Below, piece after piece: positions 16,147 to 25,777 of a DNA stretch of 64,000 bases. Below the pieces are notes generated by a model. It did not search any database, was not told where the DNA came from, and saw only the letters and a list, made by a program, of their open reading frames with translations. The first letter of the stretch is position 1; each line of letters starts with the position of its first letter. The stretch is from contig CAUUMS010000008.1 in the NCBI GenBank assembly GCA_963546395.1, forward strand, positions 2,481-66,480, read 5' to 3'. The stretch is from an uncultured Bacteroidia bacterium. GTDB lineage: Bacteria > Bacteroidota > Bacteroidia > Bacteroidales > CAJPTX01. The position numbers were made by a program, and so were the translations under genes.

Positions 16147-19100
16147 TCAGGGAGCCTGCTCCTCCTCGACGGGCTTGGGCTCCTTCTTTTTCCGCCGGAA
16201 GATAGACAGGATGCGTCGGAATAGCTCCGACCAGTTGTCGTAGGAGTCGGAGTACACCAGGCCGATGCCGGCCGTGTAGGGCTTCAGGTCGCTAAAGATG
16301 AGGTCATCATTGGAGCGGGCGAAGGCCTTGTACTGCAAATTCTTGAGCCAGGTGCTCTGCTTGGTGATATTGATGTCGCCCGCCACCGCATTGGACGTGT
16401 TATTCTTGTTCACCTCCCAGTTCGCATCCACGTTGAATGATTTCCACTGCATGGAGAGGGACACCTCGGCCTCATCGCGCGTGCCGCGCACCTGCTGGGC
16501 ATTCGGGCGATAGTTGAAGCCGAGGTTGAACGAGGGGGCGTCGTCGGACTGGCCAATTTGCGCGAGCCACGAGTTGAACTGGTTGGAGAGGAGTTCGCCG
16601 AATGAGGAGAGTATCACCTCTTCGCCGCGCACTCCGCCCGCATCGTTGCTTCCGGGGCGGCTGCTGGGGGTGACCTGCGTTTGGGAACGGCCGTCAGAGA
16701 GGAACGTATTGAGCACCAGCAGGGCCGCAAATTGACGCATCTTCTTCTCCTCGGTGTTGAGGGCTGCCGAGAGCTGGCTGCGAGTTTCGGCATCGGCCTG
16801 CGGCACATCGATAGCAAACGAGATGGTGGGCGCGGCGAGTGAACCGCGAATGAAGAGCTTGCAATCTACCGGAATGCGCCGCTTGTATTTGTCCTGATCG
16901 CTGCCGCCGAGTAGTCGGTCGAGCGAGGCACGGGTACGGTACACCGTCTCAATGTTGGCATGCGCCTGAGCCACATCCCCGGCAAAGTGGATGGTGCTCC
17001 CCTGGGCAATGCGGAACCGCTTGCTGATGAGCCCCTCGAGGGTGAACTGCACCTCGCCCCGCTGTAGGGTGTAATCGCCATACACCTGGAGCATCTGTCG
17101 CCGCGGATCGCTGGTGATGCGCAGGTCGGCATCACCTCGGGCCCGAATGGCATCGCCCGTGCGGGGGTTGAGCACAATTTGCACCTGCGACTCGCTGTCG
17201 ACCTGGAGGCCCATGGCAAGATGCAGCCTGGATGAGATGGGGATGCGCACCACGCGGAGCGTAGTGTCGACGCTGGAGGTGCTCTTCGCCGGGCTCACAA
17301 ATTGCAGGTGGCGATTCTCACGGGCCTCCTCCGACGAGGGGAATTGCAGCGTGAGTGCCGTGCCGGGAGAGGTGCGCAGCTGCACAGACAGATTGATGGA
17401 CGAGGGGTCGCCCGTGGCATGCACCTCGGCCGCTGCCATCAGCTGCCCGTAGTAGATCCCCTGGCCGAAGGTGTTGGTGTTGAGCAAGTGTAGATTATCG
17501 CTCACAGCCCGCACATCCATCTGCAAACGCTGGGAGTTGGAGTAATCGACCGAGCCGTTGAGCGTCATCTGCGCCCCCTGGGCATCCTGTATCACGAATC
17601 GATTGAACCGCATCTGGCCACCGGCAAACTGGATGGTAGACGACGTGGTGTACTCCGTGTTGAGCTCCTTGATGTAGGCGCCGGCCCTGTCGCATACGAT
17701 TTGGCCCTCGATGCGGGGTTTGGCCAGCGAGCCCCGCATGGCCAGCGAGCCCGTGAGCGTGCCCCGAGGCTGCACGTGCCCACCCGTGAGGACATGGAGC
17801 GGCGAGAGATCGAATTGGTCGAGCTGTAGCTCGCCCACCAGATCCTTCTGCCCTGCGGCCCAGGCGATGCGAGCCCTGATGTCCTGGTGGCCGTCGAGGG
17901 CCGTATTGCTCAGGTTGATAGAGACGGGATTATCACTCCCACGCCAGTACCCTTCCAGGGATGGCGAGCCCACGTAGAGCTCATTGAGACGTAGGTCGGA
18001 GACGGTGACCTGCGCCTTGACGCTGGGCGACTGGAGGGCTGAGGCCAGTGTGATTTCCCCGCGTCCGCGCCCGCCCAGGGTGTTCTCCCCCAGCAGGGGG
18101 GAAAGGTTGGAGAGGTTGAAGTCGTCAAAGGATAGACGGAGGGAGTCGGCGGGATTACGGGAGATACGACCGGCGAGCGAGAAACGTTGCCGCTCGTTCC
18201 GAAGCTGGAAGTTGGAGATGGAGACGCTGGCCGAATCCGTGTAGATGCGCGCCCGGGAGAAAAGCCATCGGCCCCCAGCCAGGTCGAATTGCGAGGAATC
18301 CAGGCGTGTCACCGCGTAGTAGGCCTGCGTGGAGTCTTGACGCTCGATGTGGGTAACGGCGTGCAGGTGCAGGCGCGCATCCGCGTAGTCGGGCGCATAG
18401 GCAGTGAGCGAGCTCTCGAATCGTCCGGGGTGAGCATCCACATCGAAAGCCAACCGCTGCACCCGCCCAGTTCCCAATGCGGCCCCCTGGACAGCTAAGG
18501 CCAGCTGCGCCACGCTGTCGTCCACTCGCGCAAGCAGCTTCCCGCCCCGCATGGCAAACGACCCGTAGCGCACCGAGTCGCATCGCAGGGCAAAATCCAT
18601 GACCCTATCGCTGGGGGCAAAGTAGCCCTCCAGGGCAGTAGCCTCAGCCACGTGCATCTGCGGCAGCAGGACGCGGAACATGGTGTCGAGATTGCCCGTG
18701 ACAAGTTTGACGCGGTAGCCAGCCGACGCATCGGCTACCGCGGTGGACGGATGGGCCCCAGCCGGTGGTAAAGGCTCGGGGGGGGGGGCTGTCCCGAGCA
18801 TTGGCATCAGGCGAAACGCCATGGCCTTAAGCGATGGCCAGAGCTGATCGTAACGTCGCCCGCCCTCAATGCGGCAACGTAGCGGCTCGGATTGCAATTC
18901 GATGATGCGTCGCCCACCCTCACCCGAGGCCTCCAGCATGAGCGTCCCCATGCGGACGGTGCCCCGCGAATTGCGGTAGCGGGCAGAATGGAGCACAAAG
19001 GTACCGTCGAGCTCGTCGAGCTTACCCCCCTGCATGTAGGCATCGAGGTGGAGAGCCAGCCGGGAGATCGTGTCGCTGCGATGTAGATTCATCGCATGCA

Positions 19101-20706
19101 GGTCGGCATGTGGTAGCGAGGCATTGAAGCGAAAGACTGGGAGGGAGCCCGTGAAGTCCACTACCCCGTTGAAGCCCAGTTGCAGGGCCGAGTCGTTCAC
19201 CTTGAGCGAGCCCGAGTAGCTCCTGTTGGTGGCGAAGCCCTTGAGGTCGATTTCATGGTAACGATGCCCGAGGATGTCGATGCTGTGCACCTGAGACTCA
19301 AGTTGCGAGCGGAATCGTCCCCCGCGTGCCAGCTCCCCATCGACGTGCGCCACCATGGAGAGGCGCCCCCACGTGGTGTCACGCAACAGCTCGTCCAGAT
19401 GCAACTCGTGGGTGTGAACCTGCCCGTTGAAGTGGAGGGTACGTGCCGAGTCGATGCTCAGTCCGAGGTCCATCTGCACCTGCCCTAGGCCGGAGTTGAT
19501 GGTGCCGTAGGCGACAAAGTCATCCATAAAGCCCACGAGGTTCCCCCGGTACTCGAGGCGGCTCACCTGCCGCAGGGGCTGTGGTAGGTGCAATGAGCCC
19601 TGCGTCATGCGCGAGACAATGTGCTCCACATCGCGCAGGCATGTTTGCATGCGATCGATCTCCACGTTGAGCACCGAGGCATGCATATCGGGCAATCCCA
19701 CCAGCGAGGCATTGAGGTGAATGCTGGTGCTGTCGGCCGCAAAGAGGTTGAGATTATCGACCTGGAAGTCGGACACCCGTCCCTGCACGCGCCCAGAGAG
19801 CATGGTGGGGAGTCCGCTAGCTCGGGGGAGGGGCACGAAGTAAGCCAACGTGTGGGTGTGCAGCTTCGATGGGGAGACATCGGCCTGTATGTGCACGCTG
19901 TCGACAAAATGGGGAAGGTCGCGCCAGCCGTTGTAGCTGAAGCGTAGCGTGGGGAGATGGAGATCGGAGTCGTCGCTAGAGACGTGTAGATCGTCGAAGT
20001 GGAGGCTGTGCGGCGAGAGCGAGAAGCGACTCGATAGCTCCTTGAGGGTGAAACCCGAGCGATCGACAAATTGGAGTCCCTCTATTTGCATGCGCACCGT
20101 GTCGGTGGCCACGCTGAGGTAGCGCACGTGACCATGTATGCGCCGGAGGTCGAAATGCTTGTAGTCGACCCGACCGACCGGATCGGTAAATCCCGGGCGC
20201 CGCATCTGGAAGCGGACGTTCTGAAGATCGATGCTGGAGATGGTGAGATGAATGTGCTTCTTCTTGGGCGGTGGCGTCTTACGCTTGAAGAGCGCCAGTA
20301 CCTGGAGCAGTCGCAGGCCTCCAGTGCTATCGGAGAGTAGATGTATGGAGCCATCAATCCAGCGCGTGTGCCCGAGGCTGATGCGGGTGCCCATCCCCCC
20401 CACGTAGCGCAACGTGGTGCTAAGCTCCCGGGCATCGATGAGCGTGTCGCCCTGCAAATCGTAAACTACGGCCTCGTGCAGTGTGGCCCCCAGGGGTAGA
20501 TTGAGCGACACGCGCTCCGCCGAGACGTGGAGCCCAAAGCGGGATGAGAGCCACCCCTGCACCCATTTCGCCGAGCGGCGTTGCACCCAGTCGATCTGCG
20601 TGGCCCCCACCGCCAGCAGGAGCAGCAGGGCTATGCCGGCAAAGCTCCAGTAGAGCCCAGCCACGAGGGGTCGCAGTATCCGTTTGAGCTTACGAAACCT
20701 CGCCAC
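16147..20706 (-). CDS. tamB: translocation and assembly module protein TamB (DUF490 family)
   Basis: 1519 aa with an N-terminal membrane anchor (WSFAGIALLLLLAVGATQ), a long beta-rich body and a TamB/DUF490-like C-terminus (...FNLGFNYRP...YKAFARSNDDL...). Confidence 0.85.
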   Translation of the reverse strand: MARFRKLKRILRPLVAGLYWSFAGIALLLLLAVGATQIDWVQRRSAKWVQGWLSSRFGLHVSAERVSLNLPLGATLHEAVVYDLQGDTLIDARELSTTLRYVGGMGTRISLGHTRWIDGSIHLLSDSTGGLRLLQVLALFKRKTPPPKKKHIHLTISSIDLQNVRFQMRRPGFTDPVGRVDYKHFDLRRIHGHVRYLSVATDTVRMQIEGLQFVDRSGFTLKELSSRFSLSPHSLHFDDLHVSSDDSDLHLPTLRFSYNGWRDLPHFVDSVHIQADVSPSKLHTHTLAYFVPLPRASGLPTMLSGRVQGRVSDFQVDNLNLFAADSTSIHLNASLVGLPDMHASVLNVEIDRMQTCLRDVEHIVSRMTQGSLHLPQPLRQVSRLEYRGNLVGFMDDFVAYGTINSGLGQVQMDLGLSIDSARTLHFNGQVHTHELHLDELLRDTTWGRLSMVAHVDGELARGGRFRSQLESQVHSIDILGHRYHEIDLKGFATNRSYSGSLKVNDSALQLGFNGVVDFTGSLPVFRFNASLPHADLHAMNLHRSDTISRLALHLDAYMQGGKLDELDGTFVLHSARYRNSRGTVRMGTLMLEASGEGGRRIIELQSEPLRCRIEGGRRYDQLWPSLKAMAFRLMPMLGTAPPPEPLPPAGAHPSTAVADASAGYRVKLVTGNLDTMFRVLLPQMHVAEATALEGYFAPSDRVMDFALRCDSVRYGSFAMRGGKLLARVDDSVAQLALAVQGAALGTGRVQRLAFDVDAHPGRFESSLTAYAPDYADARLHLHAVTHIERQDSTQAYYAVTRLDSSQFDLAGGRWLFSRARIYTDSASVSISNFQLRNERQRFSLAGRISRNPADSLRLSFDDFNLSNLSPLLGENTLGGRGRGEITLASALQSPSVKAQVTVSDLRLNELYVGSPSLEGYWRGSDNPVSINLSNTALDGHQDIRARIAWAAGQKDLVGELQLDQFDLSPLHVLTGGHVQPRGTLTGSLAMRGSLAKPRIEGQIVCDRAGAYIKELNTEYTTSSTIQFAGGQMRFNRFVIQDAQGAQMTLNGSVDYSNSQRLQMDVRAVSDNLHLLNTNTFGQGIYYGQLMAAAEVHATGDPSSINLSVQLRTSPGTALTLQFPSSEEARENRHLQFVSPAKSTSSVDTTLRVVRIPISSRLHLAMGLQVDSESQVQIVLNPRTGDAIRARGDADLRITSDPRRQMLQVYGDYTLQRGEVQFTLEGLISKRFRIAQGSTIHFAGDVAQAHANIETVYRTRASLDRLLGGSDQDKYKRRIPVDCKLFIRGSLAAPTISFAIDVPQADAETRSQLSAALNTEEKKMRQFAALLVLNTFLSDGRSQTQVTPSSRPGSNDAGGVRGEEVILSSFGELLSNQFNSWLAQIGQSDDAPSFNLGFNYRPNAQQVRGTRDEAEVSLSMQWKSFNVDANWEVNKNNTSNAVAGDINITKQSTWLKNLQYKAFARSNDDLIFSDLKPYTAGIGLVYSDSYDNWSELFRRILSIFRRKKKEPKPVEEEQAP
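18778..18788. repeat. G11/C11 homopolymer inside tamB
   Basis: Eleven consecutive G on the plus strand (C11 in the coding strand), encoding APPPE in ...MLGTAPPPEPLPPAG.... It is the longest homopolymer I saw in the window. Confidence 0.95.
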
Positions 20707-20777
20707 GACCGACGTGCATTAAATTCGCATGGCGGCTACGCTGCCACATCGCCCCCTGGCCCGCCCTAGCGATAGGG

Positions 20778-22097
20778 TTAGGCACGTGGGCTGCTAGTTT
20801 TCCCGAGTCGGGCAAACATGTTCCGCTTGTAAGCCTCTACGCCGGGCTGATCGAATGGGTTGTGCCCCTGCGCCAGCACTCCCACCGCGCAGGACACCTG
20901 GAAGAAGTAGATGAGGTAGCCCATCCAGTACGCCGTGCGGCGTGGAGCCTCGAGGGTGATGCACGGTACGCCCCCCTGCCTGTGAGCCTGCACGACGGCC
21001 TGATACACGGCCTCGTTGGCCGACTGCACGGGGCGATCGCATAGGTAGCCCAGGCCATCGGGATCGCCCGCAAGAGGGGGCACAGGAAGACCAGAGAGGG
21101 GGGCTGAGAAGGTGAGATGCGTCTCGAATAGCTGCGGTGTGCCCTCCTGGATGTACTGCCCGATGGAGTGGAGATCGGTGGAGTACGTGACGGTTGTGGG
21201 GTAGATGCCCCCGCACGCTTTCCCCTCGCTCTCGCCGTAGAGCTGGCGGTACCACTCGCAGAATCCCCGCATGAACGGGGTGTAAGTGGCCAGCACTTCT
21301 ACCCTTCGCCCGGCATCGTAGAGCGCATTGCGCATGGCGGCATAACGCAGTGCCAGCTCGCATACCTCGCGGCGTTGCCACACGTCGTGATAGGCGGCCT
21401 GCGCTCCGCAAAGGAGAGCCTCCGCGTCCCCACCCCCTAGCAGGAAGGGCAGCAGCCCCACAGGGCTGAGGACAGAGTAGCGTCCCCCCACGCTGGAGGG
21501 GATTGCCAGACGCTCGTAGCCTGCCGATGTAGCCATGGCGGCGAGGGCGCCATGGGTTGCATCCGTGATGGCTACCACACGCCGCGGATCGAGCCCATAG
21601 GGATCGCTCCGCATAGCATTGAGCACAAGCCGGAAGGCCAGCGCAGATTCGAGGGTTGTACCCGACTTGGAGATGACTATCACCCCGTAACGCTGCCCAC
21701 GCAACGCATCGAGCTGATGGGCTAGATGGTCGGGGCAAAGAGAGGTACCCAGAAAGTGCACGGGGCGCGCATGGGGCGCATTGCACTGATCGGCCAACGC
21801 TTGCAGCAACGCCTGAGCTCCGATGTAGGAGCCCCCGATGCCGACGACCACGATGGATTCATACTCAGCCGCAAGTCGGCTCGCCACCTGCTGCACCCGC
21901 TCCCATTGCAGCATGGCCGCATCCACCGGGAGATGCACCCAACCCGAATACTCGGCCCCCTGGCAACGACCAGAGTGCAGGCTCTCGAGGGCCTCCTCAG
22001 CTAGCGGGAGGCCACCCTCGTAGTCGACGGTACTGCTGTCTAGGAGAATACCGTCCAGACGAAGGCATCCGGGCTCGGCATCCATGGCTGTGGGCAT
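20778..22097 (-). CDS. pgi: glucose-6-phosphate isomerase
   Basis: 439 aa, short Bacteroidota-type PGI: ...YSGWVHLP..., IVVVGIGGSYIGAQAL, VIVISKSGTTLES, GGRYSVLSPVGLLP. Confidence 0.9.
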   Translation of the reverse strand: MPTAMDAEPGCLRLDGILLDSSTVDYEGGLPLAEEALESLHSGRCQGAEYSGWVHLPVDAAMLQWERVQQVASRLAAEYESIVVVGIGGSYIGAQALLQALADQCNAPHARPVHFLGTSLCPDHLAHQLDALRGQRYGVIVISKSGTTLESALAFRLVLNAMRSDPYGLDPRRVVAITDATHGALAAMATSAGYERLAIPSSVGGRYSVLSPVGLLPFLLGGGDAEALLCGAQAAYHDVWQRREVCELALRYAAMRNALYDAGRRVEVLATYTPFMRGFCEWYRQLYGESEGKACGGIYPTTVTYSTDLHSIGQYIQEGTPQLFETHLTFSAPLSGLPVPPLAGDPDGLGYLCDRPVQSANEAVYQAVVQAHRQGGVPCITLEAPRRTAYWMGYLIYFFQVSCAVGVLAQGHNPFDQPGVEAYKRNMFARLGKTSSPRA

Positions 22098-22108
22098 TGG
22101 GGCAGCAT

Positions 22109-23110
22109 TTACACCAGACGGTGGGTCAGTATCTCCATTTCGCGCGCGGGGCTATGCCCTTCGTAGAGGATGTTGTACATGGCCTCGGCGATAGGCATCT
22201 CCACCCCATGCTTTGCATTAACGGCATGAATGCCCCCCGTAGCATAGTAGCCCTCGGCGATCATCGCCATTTCCATCTGGGCGGACAGCACGCTGTAGCC
22301 CTTCCCGATCATGGTGCCAAATGTGCGGTTGCGACTATACTGCGAGTAGCATGTCACGAGCAAGTCTCCCAGGTAGGCTGAGGCCTCTGCGCAACGCTCA
22401 CCGGGGTAGGAGTGGTTCAGGAATCGCGCCAGCTCGGCCTGCGCATTGCAGGTGAGCACGGCCTGGAAGTTGTCACCATACCCCAACCCATTGGCCACGC
22501 CCACCGCCACGGCGTAGATGTTCTTGAGGATGGCGCTGTACTCGGTGCCGTAGATGTCCTGCCCCAGGATGGTGCGGATGTAGAAGGAGCGAAAGAGGGT
22601 CGCTATGCGCTCGGAGTCGTCCAGCGATTTGCAGCTGAAGGTGAGATATGAGAGACGCTCCTGGGCTACCTCCTCCGCATGGCAGGGGCCACTCACTACC
22701 CCGATACGGCTGTAGGAGAGGCCAAAATGCGATTTGAGGTACTCGGAGGCCGTCATATGGATGTCGGGGATGATGCCCTTGATGGCCGTCACGGCAAAGC
22801 AGCGTGACAGATCGGCCGTCAACGGCTCGAGCCACGCCGGGAGGAACGCAGAGGGCACGACAAAGAATACCACATCGGACTCACTGACCAGGGTATTGAG
22901 GTTGCGCTGTAGGCGAATCCGGGCCATGTCGAAGCGGGCCGCGCTGAGGTAGCGGGGATTGTGACCGTGCTGCTGGATGTAGTCAAACATCTCGTCGTTG
23001 CGCACGTACCACTGCACGAGATCGACGTTCTCATGCAGGATCTTGACGATGGCGGTGGCCCAGCTTCCGCTGCCCACCACGGCGACCCGCGCATCTACTC
23101 CCATCCGCAA
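22109..23110 (-). CDS. gpsA: NAD(P)H-dependent glycerol-3-phosphate dehydrogenase
   Basis: Rossmann motif VAVVGSGSWATAIV and the GpsA C-terminal pattern ...NRTFGTMIGKGYS...MIAEGYYAT.... Confidence 0.9.
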   Translation of the reverse strand: MRMGVDARVAVVGSGSWATAIVKILHENVDLVQWYVRNDEMFDYIQQHGHNPRYLSAARFDMARIRLQRNLNTLVSESDVVFFVVPSAFLPAWLEPLTADLSRCFAVTAIKGIIPDIHMTASEYLKSHFGLSYSRIGVVSGPCHAEEVAQERLSYLTFSCKSLDDSERIATLFRSFYIRTILGQDIYGTEYSAILKNIYAVAVGVANGLGYGDNFQAVLTCNAQAELARFLNHSYPGERCAEASAYLGDLLVTCYSQYSRNRTFGTMIGKGYSVLSAQMEMAMIAEGYYATGGIHAVNAKHGVEMPIAEAMYNILYEGHSPAREMEILTHRLV

Positions 23111-23122
23111 TAGGTGTTTAGC

Positions 23123-23380
23123 TTACCACGCCGCCAGCTCGAGCCCCGGGCGGGACTGTGCAGGCACCAGGTGGGTGTGTAGATTCTTACGCTTGGTCTT
23201 CTTGCAGCCGCACCCGGCGGGCTTGTAGATGCCCTTGCCCCGTATGGCATAATGCCGCGAGGCATCATGGGACGAGGCGCAGGAGGCGAATCCTCCACAC
23301 AGCCCCACCGCAAGGAGAAGGGCCAGAGCCCCACCCCATACGCCCCGCATCCATCCACGGCCAGAACATGAGTAGCCCAT
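23123..23380 (-). CDS. small basic lipoprotein (hypothetical), first gene of the gpsA-pgi string
   Basis: Lipobox in MRGVWGGALALLLAVGLCGGFASC and a mature part rich in K/R/C (KPAGCGCKKTKRKN). A -7 box lies about 40 nt upstream. No homolog recognised. Confidence 0.4.
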   Translation of the reverse strand: MGYSCSGRGWMRGVWGGALALLLAVGLCGGFASCASSHDASRHYAIRGKGIYKPAGCGCKKTKRKNLHTHLVPAQSRPGLELAAW

Positions 23381-23422
23381 ACGATTGCTTACTACACACC
23401 GGCACGACCGGCGTTTGCAGGC

Positions 23423-23430
23423 CAAAGGTA
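23423..23430 (-). promoter_or_regulatory. -7 promoter box TACCTTTG upstream of the small lipoprotein/gpsA/pgi string
   Basis: Exact TAnnTTTG on the minus strand. Confidence 0.5.
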
Positions 23431-23790
23431 GCGAATTCCCCGGAGTGTTGCGAGCATGGCCTGTGATGAGCACCCCCGTAACATCCCCATTTACAGGGCT
23501 CCAACGAGGGGGAATGTGGCCTCTCTACAATGGTGATACACCGTGGAGAAGATGGCCGTTGGCTGATGTGCCACACGATTTGTAACACCTCGGACTCTGT
23601 ACTGGCCAGCTGTGGTGCCCTCATTGCGCATTGCAGGTAGAGTGCGACATGCGTTAAGGGGGCCTGTCAAAAGCGTGCAACAGGGGATTATACCAGGGCT
23701 TGAGCGTTGATTAAAATCGCTAAAAATAGGGATTGTGGGTATGGGGCGTAAGATAGACCTTTGTGCCGTTATTTTAACTCAAGTAATGAG

Positions 23791-24291
23791 ATGGAGAAGG
23801 TAGGGATCTTTTACGGCTCGTCGACCGGCAATACGGAAGCCGCAGCGAATGCCATACAGGCGCAACTGGGCAATGCGGAAGTGTTCAACGTAGCGAACAC
23901 GCCCGCGTCGAAGATGGCCGATTTCACCAACATCATCATAGGAACCTCCACCTGGGGCGTTGGGGATCTGCAGGACGACATGGAGGGTTTCGTGAATGAC
24001 ATCAGCGGCGTAGACCTGAAGGGTAAGAAGGTTGCCCTGTTCGGCCTCGGCGATCAAGGATCGTACGGCGACACCTACTGCGATGCCATGGCGAAGGTGT
24101 TCAAGGCACTGCAGGGGAAGGGTTGCGACGTGGTAGGGTTCACCTCGACGGAGGGGTACGAATTCGATTCGTCGGAAGCCGTGGATGGCGATGAGTTTGT
24201 AGGGCTCGCTCTCGACGCAGACAACCAGGGCGACAAGACTGACAAGCGTATTGCCGATTGGGTAGGCAAGCTGAAGGGTCAGCTGAAGTAG
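23791..24291 (+). CDS. fldA: long-chain flavodoxin
   Basis: MEKVGIFYGSSTGNTE FMN-phosphate loop, TSTWGVGDLQDD and LFGLGDQGSYGDTYCDA motifs. ATG 23791 is preferred over the track start. Confidence 0.9.
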   Translation: MEKVGIFYGSSTGNTEAAANAIQAQLGNAEVFNVANTPASKMADFTNIIIGTSTWGVGDLQDDMEGFVNDISGVDLKGKKVALFGLGDQGSYGDTYCDAMAKVFKALQGKGCDVVGFTSTEGYEFDSSEAVDGDEFVGLALDADNQGDKTDKRIADWVGKLKGQLK

Positions 24292-24344
24292 CATGCGCAT
24301 TCTGGGCGGGTGCGGTTGCCGTGCCTGTCAGATAGACTCTAACA

Positions 24345-24387
24345 CAGATAGGGCGACGCTTAGCAGCGCCGCCCTATCTGCATTTTA
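24345..24387 (+). terminator. intrinsic terminator of fldA
   Basis: CAGATAGGGCGACGCT-TAGC-AGCGCCGCCCTATCTG (16-bp stem, one mismatch) followed by CATTTTAGG. Confidence 0.75.
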
Positions 24388-24611
24388 GGCCCACGGGGCA
24401 AATCGGCCGCAGGGTAGAGACCATGGGGCATGGCACTGTTGCGGAAGGCACCACGAACCCTCAGGGCTATAGCAAGAGGAAAGAGTGGGGCCCTCGCTCT
24501 GCGTATAGTGTAGCGTGAGGTGGGGAGGTGTACCAGGCCATAGGAGCAGAGATTGATGTACGCTGGCACACCTGCTAGGGATGCGGTGGCTGGTATTGCT
24601 CGGTATGCAAT

Positions 24612-24642
24612 GGGTGGGAAAGAGGGCTGTGGGTGGGATGGG
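24612..24642 (+). other. G-quadruplex-type motif (six GGG runs)
   Basis: GGGTGGGAAAGAGGGCTGTGGGTGGGATGGG lies in the approximately 430-nt non-coding spacer 24386..24815. Confidence 0.5.
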
Positions 24643-24815
24643 ATGAGGACAATGCGAGGGGGCACCATCGCTACAACATCAGTCGGTGCAGGCTCTCAAT
24701 AGGGCAGCCCCTTTGCCAATATCGCCTCAGCGCAATAGACGGCAACTGGACAACCTCTACACCATGCTCCAGCTTTGGTGCACCCTGACGAAATGCACCC
24801 GCTACCGATTTTAGG

Positions 24816-25766
24816 CTAGCAGACCGAGGCAAATGGGTCGCGCTGGGAAAAGTCGGGGGTATACTGCCCGGCACTCTCTAGCCCCTGCGTCCATCCGTGG
24901 TGAAATCCGAGCGAGAGCATGAAATCGACGGCCTGCTCGTACTCCTCAGCCCTAAGAGATGCTGACAAAAAGGGATGGCCATGCACTCGGCTCGTCGGGG
25001 TGTACTGGCCTAAAAGCGATATGGTGAGCCCGCGGCCAAATTCCATCTGAAGGTTGAGCAGGGCCGAGCGCGTATTCTCTGCCTGACCGGGCAGAACGAG
25101 ATGACGTACAATCAAACCCCGCCGGGCGATCCCCTCGGCATCCAGCTGTAGGGTTGTGCCCACCTGATCGACCATGGCGGCAATGGAGTCGAGGGCATAA
25201 TCGGGATAGTTCCGAACCCCCGACAGGCTCTGGGCCAGATCGTAGCTACCGTACTTGTAGTCGGGCAAATACACGTCCACGTAGCCGCGCAGTATGGCGA
25301 TGGTGCTGGGCTCATCATAGGCCCCGGTGTTGTAGACCACCACGGGACGCAGGTTTTTTACCCAGAGGCCCTCAATGATGCGTAGCACCCAGGGTACCTG
25401 CGAGGTGGGACTTACGAATCCCACCGTTGTACACCCATTGCGCACATGTTCCGCAATACGCCGCACGGCCTCGTCCAGGCTAATACTATGGCTAGCGCAG
25501 GGAAGACGATTATCGCTTATCTGATAATTCTGGCAATAGAGGCACTGCATGGTACAGTGCGCCAGGAAGACGTTACATACGCCGCCGGGGCCACCCAGGG
25601 CTGGTTCCTCGCCATGGTGCCTACAGATGGCGGCTATGCGCAGCTGATCGTCAAGCTGGCAGAACCCCAGAGCCCTGGAGCGATCTACCCCGCACTGGTG
25701 ACCACACATCCTGCAATGGGAAAAGTCGGATGCTGGCGATACGGACTGTACTCCCTGGAGTTGCAT
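24816..25766 (-). CDS. radical SAM protein, PflX-like (COG1313-type)
   Basis: CX3CX2C motif in FLAHCTMQCLYCQNYQIS, preceded by HHGEEPALGGPGG. There is an extra N-terminal Cys cluster CRMCGHQCGVDR...GFC. Confidence 0.8.
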   Translation of the reverse strand: MQLQGVQSVSPASDFSHCRMCGHQCGVDRSRALGFCQLDDQLRIAAICRHHGEEPALGGPGGVCNVFLAHCTMQCLYCQNYQISDNRLPCASHSISLDEAVRRIAEHVRNGCTTVGFVSPTSQVPWVLRIIEGLWVKNLRPVVVYNTGAYDEPSTIAILRGYVDVYLPDYKYGSYDLAQSLSGVRNYPDYALDSIAAMVDQVGTTLQLDAEGIARRGLIVRHLVLPGQAENTRSALLNLQMEFGRGLTISLLGQYTPTSRVHGHPFLSASLRAEEYEQAVDFMLSLGFHHGWTQGLESAGQYTPDFSQRDPFASVC

Positions 25767-25777
25767 ACCCTCGTACC

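Noticed and set aside
20794-21786. 330-aa minus-strand ORF in an alternative frame of pgi, plus other long overlapping ORFs (7729..8298 +, 27731..28867 +, 62975..63793 +, 33359..34003 +, 44367..45257 +)
   Set aside because: All overlap genes with clear family motifs, are Arg/Pro/His/Gly-rich and have no recognisable domains. They are considered GC-content artefacts.
24466-24490. GAGGAAAG string reminiscent of RNase P RNA conserved region I
   Set aside because: The following bases (AGTGGGGCC) deviate from GUCCGGGC. None of the other RNase P conserved regions (for example ACAGAAACCCGGCUUA) is present in the 430-nt spacer.
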